From NCBI GenBank assembly GCA_010909165.1, contig VJWM01000063.1:620001-684000 (forward strand): a stretch of DNA of 64,000 bases, read 5' to 3'. The notes under the pieces are model-generated. The model worked only from the letters and a program-made list of their open reading frames with translations. It was not told the DNA's origin and did not search any database. The position numbers and the translations under genes are program-made. Positions 53,738 to 64,000 of this stretch are shown piece after piece (the stretch's first letter is position 1; every line of letters starts with the position of its first letter). The DNA is from Anthoceros angustus. Taxonomy: Eukaryota; Plantae; Anthocerotophyta.

Positions 53738-56700
53738 CACTACTAGAACTTGCATGTTATTCTTTGTACAATGTAGTTACATATTTACATTACGGTGCTG
53801 CAGGTTGTATGTAAAATGCCTTAATTCTTGCGTGATCGGGTTTAGGGTGTTCGCTTATGTTGCGCTTGTATACATGGATGTAACATACGATCGGGTCGCC
53901 CATGGTTCCATTGAGCGGAACGGGCTTCCCCGGTACCCTTCAATCGTATGTGTGCGCCGTATTGCAAGCCATTCGCACATATCCGCATGTCGAGCACGGT
54001 TGTACTCATTAAAGGCGTACTAGTTCGCTGGGGTTTCCGATACGTCCGAGGTTCATGGCCGGCACGCCTTCTCACAGCCACTGTATGGCAAAGCTAGAAA
54101 ATAGCTTGTCAAATTCCCGTGGAAGGTGACATGGTTTCTCCAATTGTGTACAAATCGCTGCCATTCGGTCTGACATAGCTAAGGATTGGCCACACGTGTC
54201 CGATTGCAGAGTCGAGTCGGGCAGAATCCACCTTAGGCGGTAGACGGAAGAGGCTGCCATTCCTCCTGATGGCATAGATTACATGGCGAGTAGGTGGATG
54301 ATTACGGGTGATGCTGTTTTGCACCTCGATATTGGCGTGAAGCTGGCTACGTTTTCTTTAATGCTGGCGTTAATTGCGCGTATGCCCAAAATACATATGT
54401 CGGTGTTGTAGTAAAGTGTTCCGTCTCGAATAGCATGAGAATGTGTTTGAATTAGTACAACGGGGTGGCATGTGCGTGTTGGAGTGAACATCATCCGGAA
54501 ATAATGGGGCTCCATGATGAATCTCGCCCCTCATGCCTCCCCTTTTTCCACACCTTAACAAACATGGCATCTTCAAGTTGAAGTTGCATGCGGGACTCTG
54601 AGTCTGGAGGATCCCTTCAACATCAACGCGGTGTGGTGGAAATCTGCATTCAACTGCGGTGGGGATTGAGCGTGATGAGCCCATGGCACATGTATCCATG
54701 CTTACGGTGAGGGGTGTCAAGTGGCGCGGTGGAGGCGGGACTCGGGCGGGGTGGGGCGTCTGTGAAGAAGGTAATTGGCCTATTCGGTGCGCGCATCCCG
54801 GTGTGTTGTCCTTGGCCCCGCCTACAAGCGATCTGGAGAAAGCAGGGGACTCCATGCAGGCGGTAGATTTGAACATGGACGGCCGGTGGCGGCCGTGGGA
54901 ACTACATCATCAAGCGAGAGGCGCTTGACACCATCATTGCATGTCACTGGCGAGTGTTGAAGGCTCCGCGGTGACACGGCTTTTGTTGGCCCTCTTGGCG
55001 TCGCGGCCGATGTACGCGGTGTTCGGCTATGGGCGCGTCGGCCTGCGGAAGATTTGGACGGATTCGGCGGAACCACGGATGATGTTCACGCCGAGCGGAG
55101 CATCATGTGAGGTCAGCGTTGGGAGAGTTGGTATGAGGAACATAGCACCCGCATGTGCCTCATTCGACAAAGGTGCATGCACTGCACTTGTGTAGCGGGT
55201 TAGGCGAGGAGCGAGTCATGGACTATCAGCGGAGGAAAGCGCTGAAAGTAGGTGGGATGGGCAGCGGAGGTTCATCCCCATACCCACCTCCCGGCCGCCG
55301 AATCCGGAGGGCAACACATACATTGTGCGGCCCTATCGGGTGGAACAAGCGGCGGCACACCGCCGAGCCTCGGGAAGAGGTGGGAAGAGCCGCCGCGCAC
55401 AACACCTACGCCACGGCGAGAAGAAGGACGGGCGGTGATCAAGCCCGGTACCCCTCGGCAGTGGAGTGACAATTTTGTTGAGGGTGGTGGTGGGCGGCGC
55501 ACTGTGGGAGATTGCTTCCCACCGATTGTTGTGGAGAAGGTGGACAATAGGGCTTTGTTGCAAGCCATTATTCACAAGAGAGGAAAAGAATGGGTGCATA
55601 ACATCATGGACGAACCGGATGAAGTTGGAGAAGATGAAGGCGGGGAGATCCGGCGTCACGGGGCCTCGGGCCCGGAGCATGCATGGAAATGGTGAAAATG
55701 GTGAGGCATTTAACAAGCGGTGGAGATCGGGGTTGGAAAAGTGGAAGGACGTTTGAACAGTGGGCAGCTTGTGTGGAAGTGGAGGGGCGCCTTCCCGGAC
55801 ACTGCAGAAGAGAATAATCAGGAAAAATTCTCCTGCGTCGAACATTGCGGGCCATGGACGCGAAGGCAGCGTGGTGGAAGAGAGGAGAACAAAGGCGTGC
55901 TAGACAGACTTGAAGCCCCGACGGGCGACAAATCATGGCAAGAAAAGCATTAGTTGGGCTAGAGTTGAATTGCGCCAACATGGCAATTTCCTCCCGTCAA
56001 AGCATCTATCGCGCCAAAGTGAAAGGGGAAGTCGGGGATGGGGCCCAACCTGGGGAAAGGAGGCAAGCAAGGCTGGATGGAGAGGTTCAAACAGAAACAC
56101 ACCGGCCAGCGGAGGAGTGAGTATGGCGATTACACCAGATTAGCGAATGCAAGAGTATTGGGATCACGAAGGCGAGGCCAAGATATGGCAAATGTTATCA
56201 CGGATGCAAGGGCAAGGAGGATGAGTGGCACAAGCAGGCATGGAATAGACTCAGTTCCGGATGAGCTGGATATGAGATCCATCCGCCGGACAACAGCGAA
56301 TATGGTACAACTCCAACAGGGTGTTGGCGGTGATGACGATGTCGAAGGGGATCGCGGGCCTGCAAAAGAGGAATCCATCTTCTCGCGGCCGTCCTTCAGA
56401 GGGGCCATCCAAGTTCGGCCCCTTGAGACTTGGTCGATTGCATGTGCCCTCTAGTGCCGCCGCATTCAGGTGCAGTCGGAAAAAAGCTATCATGCAAGAC
56501 TAAAGAAGCAAAACCAATTGAGCCACGGTGAAAACACGATCACTGCGGACGCCACGACTCGAGCATTGAAGAAAAGCTAGCGGATTGCGGTATCAGAGTA
56601 TACCGCCACGTGTACAGTGGAATTGGAATCTGCGTATACACCACGTGAGGGGGTATCACCAAAACTTACAGTAATACAATTATTTTGGCAATATACAATT

Positions 56701-57226
56701 TATGGGTTCAGAACCCAAAATACAAAAGACCCAGACGACGGTTGGTGCAGAGTGTCCCATGGAAGGTATCCAATCGTACATATGCACCGGCACATGTTTG
56801 CAATCATGCCGACGGTCGATTCGCGGGAGGAGGGGCGCCGTGGCGGCGAAACGGGTGCCATGTGCATCCATGATACTGTACCATGGATGTGACCGCGACG
56901 CCAGGCCTTGAGATTGGGCCGTCGGCAAAATCAGGGCATGCAGGCATGCAAATTGGTGGTCAAGTATACTTGACCACCAATTTTGCTCTGCCTCGAAGGG
57001 GCTCAGCCTCCTCTGAACCACACGGGTATTATACCAACCACATAAACCGACCCTCCAAACTCAACATATGATTCCATTCGGTGAAAGGGTTCGCTTTATG
57101 TTCGACTTCGCCGGACCCACATGACTAACCACTGTAACATGATCCATAAATGGCCCCCATGTATACAAAAATAGGGCCAAATTGTAACATAAAAAAGCGT
57201 AACCACGCCCCATTTTTCTAGTAGTG
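53738..57226. mobile_element. CACTA (En/Spm) DNA transposon; unit C
   Basis: TIRs CACTACTAGAA...TTCTAGTAGTG with a perfect 3-bp TSD GGC/GGC. Confidence 0.93.
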
Positions 57227-57299
57227 GGCGCGGCCGAGGAGGGTCATTTCTCTGCGACTCGAGACAATTTCATGATCTCTTGCGCCCGCAACCCTGGCG

Positions 57300-59900
57300 C
57301 TATCTCTCCACGCTTAGGCACCTTCGCCAGCTCACCTTTGGGGTTGGAGCAGCGGTGAGCAGGCGAAGAGGGCGCATCGTGCCGGGCCGATCTCGGACAA
57401 TCGTCTGCGGAGTGGGAAAAGGCGATGGGACCCAAGAAGGTCGCTGGCGGTATGGCGCCATGGAACTGGTAGTAGCGGTATCTGGCGCTATCCCGACTTT
57501 GGGTACTGGAGGAGGCGGGAGGATTGGTGAAGAGTGGCACCTAGACGTGTTCCCGGTGCATACATTTGACGATGTCACCTAGTAGGAGTTCGCCGGAAGA
57601 TGTTGACGGCCAAGGAGGTTCGATCAAGAACCTCAGGAGGATCAGGTGGACCTTGGAGGTCTGAGGCGGCTTCACAGAGCCCAGCGGAGGAGATTGGGGC
57701 GTAGTCCCGGAACCCCTCAAGGCGAGGGAAAGATAGGCGGCGGGCGGCGATCTTGAAAGGCAGCCAACCAGCGGTGGTTGATGTCGGACTGCTTGGACGG
57801 AGGTGAGGCGGTGGCCGGATCATTGTCCAGAACTTGCTCACCAAGGTGGATCACCTTGGTGATAATGTTCTGCATGCGCTGCGGTGGGCAAGAGGCGGGG
57901 GAAGGATCATCTTTGCGAGTTGACCCAGGGAGGCCTGGTGAGAAGCCACCGTCGGGACTATCCCCATACGATCCATGTGTGGGGACATTACGACCTCTGA
58001 AGGATGGGGAAGAAGGCGGGCGCTCGGGAAGGGTTGGCGGCCCTACAGGCGGGCGGGCAAGGCGCGGTGAGGCCCGACCCCTAGGGCCAAGCAGGTCGGG
58101 AGGAGGGCGGCAGGAGGATCGGACTCCTGCAGCGGACCCCTCACCACCTAGGGAAGTGTGGGAATCCCTTCCCTCCTCTTGTGCCCGGGCGGCCGGTCAC
58201 GGAGGAGCGGCCCGGCTCAAGCGGACCACCGGACAGCGGCGGCCGATGGGCAGCGAACTCGCGGGCACGAAAGGCGGAAGATGGTGCCACCCATGTATGA
58301 CACCTCGGACGGTGCGCATGCCTTGCCCTTGCTTGCAAGAGGCGGTGAGGTGAGAAGGCGAGAAAGGGCGCCGCTCAAGGAGGCGAGGTCCGCAGCAACC
58401 CACGGGCAGTCACATGCCCGGCCGGGAGGCAAGGGGTCGGCTCGAACCCCCTCACCTCAGGCCCAGGGGAAGAGGCGAATAAGGAATTGACCAAGAGGGC
58501 CAAGGAGGTGAGGCTCGGGACCTCGGCACTCAAGACCTAAGGGACTGATTAGGTCCGGAGAGCCCGGACTCGCTCGGGCTGCGTATGGAGGTCCTTGGCG
58601 GACCGTGAGATGCGCTCCCTAGCGGACTTTTGGGGGCCTCACCGGTGGCGGCCGTGGAAGAGACACGGCGGGTCACAGCTATCATGGGCGGTATGCTCTG
58701 GGGTCTCTGGGACTGAGAAGACCCGAGGTGGAAGCCACAAGGAGGCGCATGGTGCTCCTCCGAGGAGCAATTGGAGGCGGCCGGAGGCGAGGAGGAAGGC
58801 GGAAGCTCTCGGCATCGAAGAAAGCGGGAGGCCGAAGAAATCTGGTCCATTCGGCGGGCGGACTAAATTCATTTGGGTGGGTGAGCGTGAGCCGAGGCCC
58901 AAGCGGTGAGACCTCTGCGGGCGGAGGGTAGCGCGAGAGGCGGAGGAGGCGCAGCGAGGCTCGCGACTGGTGGCGGCCGGTGGACCCGGCCTGGTGGCAG
59001 TGTGGCGAGGGAGGCGGAAGCATTGCTAAGGCGCGATCACTATCGGCGTGATCAGCCGGTGGAGGAGGCGGCGGGGATAGTGCAGCTAACGAAGGCGGAG
59101 GCGGCGGGCGGGCAGTGCGGGCCAGCCATGCGAGAAGGAAGCGACAAGGAGATGGAGGATCTCCGGGACTCGATTCTGAGGTGGAGCAATGGCGGGGAGA
59201 TGGAAGACCGCAAGAGAGACCACAGGCTGCGGCTCAAGTTACCATTGAGCGGCTGCGGGCGTGATCACGGATCACGAGCGAGAGATAAGCGGCTCCGGCT
59301 ACATTGGACGGAGGAGGTAAGGCGATGGAACAAGGAGGCGGGGCGTCGCCGAAATGGAGAAGGACACAGACGAAACCGCAATCAGGCGAGTTGCGACCGT
59401 CTGCAGAGGAGAGGAGATGGCGGAGCTAAAGGAGAGGCGGGAAAGCGGGCCTTGAGAAAGAAACTGCTGGTCCGATTAAGGAAGGCGGAAGGGGCTGCGT
59501 TATGGCGGTGGCGCGGAGCGGAAGCAGCTGGGCGGTGAACAGCGGCGGTTGCGGGGAGGTGACTGGCGTCCCTGTGGCCTCAGATTGGCCCGGCTCGGTG
59601 TCACTGGCGGGGAGATGGTCCGGCAAGCGGACGACGCTCGGCTCCGGAGCACCAATGGCGAAGGAGTATCGGGTGCTCGGGCACATGTGGAAGAGCAATC
59701 CGACAAATTGACTGGATTTTGCCTATTACCAGCGAGCTCCTTAAGGCATTGGAAGCCTCTCGGCCTTCTAAGCAGACGGACCCGGAAGGCTCGAGAAGGG
59801 ATGAAGGACATGGGGACGGCCACAGGGACCCTAGTGGCCTGTTTGGAGGCAGCGTGAGGAGAAGAGCCTCGGGAGGAGGCGGGGCCAGCCAATACAACGG
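57300..59900 (+). pseudogene. U3-encoded ORF in solo LTR C
   Basis: Homologous to 36300-38950. Confidence 0.58.
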
Positions 59901-62879
59901 ACCTCGGGGTAAGTCCACCTTTGTCGGGAGGATAGAGATGGGGGCCACAGAAAGGCGCGGAAGAGAAAATCAACCCGACCCAAGACAAGGGTGGGGTGGG
60001 TGAGATGAGGGCCTAGGTGGTCCCATGAGATAAGGGGTCCGGAGCTTGGGGACGGACCCGTGTAAGTTCGGACCACGAGGTCGAACCCGAAGATGAGACC
60101 GGACCGGACGGACTCGGGAAATAAGCGAGACTCGAGTTCGAGACTCGGGAGTCGAGGCCGGACCAGTCGGACTCGAGCAAGGAGGAGTCCCCTCAGGCTT
60201 CTGTTGAGGTCGGTCGGTGGCCCTACCGGGAGGACCCACTCGGGGCAGAAGGCGTTGTAGTGGCGGTCGTCGGACCGCCGCCGTAACAGCGGGATTCGGG
60301 AAGAGGAAGGGGCCCGCCTCGCGGATCATCCGATTGGGTGCGCCGCTATCGAGACGGAGATTGGACCACCTGTCTGAGGCGGAACCGGGACCTTCCAGCC
60401 CACAGCGAAGGAGATAGGAGGAAGGAATAGGATGGTAGGCGGCCGATTAGGGCGTCTTGGTAGCCACCGGCTCGAATAGGGTGTAATAAAGGCGCCGACT
60501 TGGGCGTAGTATAAGAGGGCTCTAATAAATCATCTTCTCTTGGTGTTGATGCGTTTTCTTGCGGACCTTGTGTGTCTTCATGCTAACGTGAGTCACGAGT
60601 CAGCGAGCACGGCAGCTCGGGAGGCGATCAAGGTCACAGTGGCGGACCCTAGCGTGTGGTGGTGTGCGGGAAGAGCGGCGGGACCGTGTTCGTCAGGCGG
60701 CGGCCGTGTCGGGTGGGCCGGGCGTGTGAGCCGGAGGAACTCGGGAGGCGTCTGAGCCGGAGAGGCCCGGAGCAACGGAGGAGGTCGGTTGTGTAGCCAC
60801 TTGCGTTCTTTTCCAAGGTTGATGGCGTAGTGAGAGTGATGAGAGGAGGACTAAAAAGGCAGTGGCGTGCGTGAGCGATCTGACGCCAAGCGGGTCCTTA
60901 AAGCGTTTGGCCACACGGGCTGTTCGGTGAGCGTTATGAGTAGTTAGGCGCCAAAGCAGCGATTGCGTGTGTTAAAGTTGAGCGGTCGCAGTAAGGTGAG
61001 AATCGATTGGCAAAGCAACGGAGCTTATCATTCTCTTGGAACCGGACTCCTTACTACATCGACCCGGATTGTGGCGCGCCGGGCCGGTCAGTAGTCGCGC
61101 CACAGATGGCTCACAGGCGGGGCTGTGGCCCGGGAGGCGGGGTGGTCGCGAGCTCAAGGAGAACTTCCTCCGGACCTGTGGATCGGGGCCAGAGCCTAAA
61201 GGAGTTTGAACCGGACGGGAGGCGGGAAGAAGAGATGGCGCCTCGGGGTGTGGGAGATTCCCACTACGCAGCTGGCCCAACATGGACCATTGGAAGGTTA
61301 GAGCGGTGGCCTTGTGCAAGAGTTGAGATTGAGCTTCATGGAGAAGAAATGGTGTTACGTCAGTCCGCATTGGTGAGAGTGTGCACATTGGAAGGCCAAG
61401 TCGCAGGAGGGTGACATAAGGAGGCCGCAAAATTGGGACCTAGAACTCTTCCAAGTGTATGGGCGGGAGGTCGAAGACGGAGTCCGATTGACCCCAGGAG
61501 GAAGTAGACCTTAAAAGCAGTGACAAGAATCATGAAGCACAGGAGATGCGGGCTAACAATGGATGGGTGACTCGCGTCTGTGCAACTCGTGGGCCAATTG
61601 ATTTTGTGCTTCCCGACAAGAAGTGGATCACATAGCGGACCACTTCCAATCTTCCTACATGAAATAGTAAAGAAGGGCCGGATAGATTAGGCGGGATAAT
61701 TTTGAGAGGGCGTGTGAAGGGGGCTTGATACGTTTGAAAGGGGTTTCTCACGAAACCCTTTTAGCCACCTGACTTGGCGGACCCTTTTGCACTTGAAAAA
61801 TCCGCTATAATCGGGCTTTTGATATTTCTCTGCGGACATGTTACCGCAACCTTTTGAATAATTGTTTTGATACATGTTATTTGAGATTGTAGATTGCAAG
61901 TATGTGGCAAAACCTAAAGTCCCATTCTCGTTCGGCTTTTTTCAAATGGACACAAAATTCGCGCAAACTTATCGGCACTTACATCTAAGCAGTCTCCAAC
62001 ATCGGCAATCATTGCGGTGTTGGAGCAATACAAACATTTAAAGTTTTAGGGCTTGCAGTAATTACAGTGCGCAAACTTGTTTGCTACTCATTCATACTAG
62101 TCAATCCTATGACTATACTCTCGCTCAGAATTTTACAGACTTTGTTCCTTAGACATTGGGACAATAATATCTTCTTTTTGATGCTCTTGATCCACGTCTA
62201 GAGAATGAGAGTGGCATAGTGCGCACTTGAAATTTGGCCCACCAAGCGTCTCAAGATTCAAAAGATGCAAAGGTTCACTACTAGTTCAAAGTTTTAACCA
62301 CTAGAAAAAAGATGAGGGTTAAGTAAAGATAAGAACATATCCACATTAGGAGCTGCACAAAAAGGTTGAAAACGTCGAAGGAACCCTTTAAAACAACAAA
62401 ATATCAAAAAATACAATGAAAAATTGTCAAAATTTTAGAGCAGGCTTGGCCTTGCTCTAAAAACAATTTTAGAGCACATCGGGAGTTCCGCACATCCTCA
62501 AAAGCCAAAGGACATGCTTCCCATTAGGATCATTTTCGCGTTCTTTTTGCATGCATGCACAAGTTTGCACATAAGCGTTGTTTAATGACTTATGCGCGCC
62601 TAAACTGGTATACAAAACATACAAAACCACCACACGAAACTACGGACATGGAAATTATGGAACAATGAGGTCAACTTCATCACACCGACTAAATCGCCAT
62701 GAACTGGAGTATAAGACGCAGCCGGTGTTGACTCTGACGAGTGGTGGGCGAATGCGAAACCGATGGATGAACACCTCGAAACCAACAAAAACCAAACCAA
62801 CCCGGTTCCAAATAGGGTTGGGATTTTTCCAAAACCCTTTTGTGAGAAACCCCTTTCTAAGCAGGTATTTGTTATTTGC

Positions 62880-64000
62880 TCTCCTCGCTCGCTCCTCTCT
62901 AATCTCGCCTTCGATTCATGTATTGCGTATTCCAAGTGCCACCGAAGTTGGATCGTGTATACGCCCTCCATAGTTGGAAGCCGGTGGGGAGCTCAAGGTA
63001 GAAGAAGAGTCCAAGGAAGATTGGAAAGGACTCCGAGTTGGGAATTTGCGGCACGAAGATTCGGATGAAGGAGGCGTTGCAAGGAGCAAGAGGAAGGCGG
63101 TGCGGGCGATGAGGGTGACAAAAAGGAGGCAGCATAACCACACCGGATCACGGTGGTCGGAACGCAGGGAGAAGGAGGAAGGCAAGCGGGTTATCCTCTC
63201 GGTGTGGAGGGCAGTCACTTGGTGAGTTTTTATGAATGAGGAGGCGTTGCACGCACAGAAGGAAGAGTTAACTCGTGACGGGGTTCTCACCGGAAGGACA
63301 CTTTTGAGGGATACTCCTTTGGCTGTCCGGTGGGGTGGAGGCAAGTGACACACCAGTACGGGCACGAGTGGAAGGGGATGGCCCGGAGCAGCCTAATTTG
63401 GCGACTGCAGGGTCGAACTCCGAATGACTCAAACCCGTTGGATCTTCTCGACTGTCATGGCTCTCACAGCTTAGTATGCAAGTGCAGAGAAGTTGCTCAA
63501 GGAAAAGTTGGAGGTGGAGCTAGAAAAAGCAATGGGACCCTTGAGGCGGAGTGTGAAAAGTCACTAAGCAAGACAGAGGAACTAGGATTATGTCCACTAG
63601 GCCACAGTGACCCACGTAAAGGGGCGCAGCCTCATTGAGCTCAGATGAAATTGAGTCCGGGAGCAGTGGACGCCACCGGAGAAGTTCAAGAAGCTAGGAG
63701 AGGTATAAATGGGAGAGAGATGAGGCTAGGCCATGGTCAGAGAGATGGGCAAGCCGAAGAAGGAAACATCAACCACGCGGTGGTGAAAACCACCGTTGAA
63801 AGCATGCGGTGGCTAAAACGGCCACCGCTCGCGGAAGAGACTCAAGGTGGGAAGCCACCATCGAGGGCTATGAGAGGGGATCTGACTCCCAGTTCGAGGC
63901 GGCAGTCGAGGATTGTCCACGGGCGGAGAGGACCTCTTTAGCGAAAAGGCGTATTGTCACAAGCGTCTGGATGAGGATGCTCATGTCCCGACTTCCGCAT
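62880..64000 (+). mobile_element. Sister-subfamily LTR-related element, copy C (truncated by the window)
   Basis: Homologous to 41900-43060. Confidence 0.65.

Larger units (their letters stand above)
53256..61104 (+). mobile_element. Solo LTR interrupted by a CACTA; unit C
   Basis: Same site and structure as 32049-40129. Confidence 0.88.
48780..64000. repeat. Tandem macro-repeat unit C (truncated by the window end)
   Basis: Collinear with unit B at an offset of ~21 kb, including the same nested insertion. Confidence 0.9.

Overview
Eukaryotic, repeat-dense DNA, most likely from a plant (inferred from TE families and a plant-type MAPK). The sequence is very indel-noisy, so almost every coding region is frameshifted. 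The window is a tandem array of a composite unit of about 13.5 kb, present in three copies: A (1-83 plus 14106-~27578), B (~27579-48779) and C (48780 to the window end). Each unit carries an AT-rich, intronless, divergent MAP-kinase gene among TE relics: a chromovirus integrase, a copia RT/RNase H, an LTR-related element and unidentified coding relics. Unit A is interrupted by a full-length 14-kb non-chromoviral Ty3/gypsy element (84-14105, minus strand) with ~4.3-kb LTRs. Units B and C instead share a related solo LTR, itself interrupted by a ~3.5-3.6-kb CACTA element. The most notable observations are three. (1) The giant LTRs encode a long sense-strand protein in U3 that shows synonymous-biased divergence between subfamilies; pol ends directly at the PPT, and a sister element carries a different ORF on the same LTR terminal module. 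(2) The amplified MAPK keeps its catalytic motifs but lacks the canonical TxY activation motif and may have a hydrophobic N-terminal extension. (3) Nested insertions order the amplification history. Most short ORFs in the supplied track are frameshift fragments or chance ORFs in GC-rich LTR DNA.
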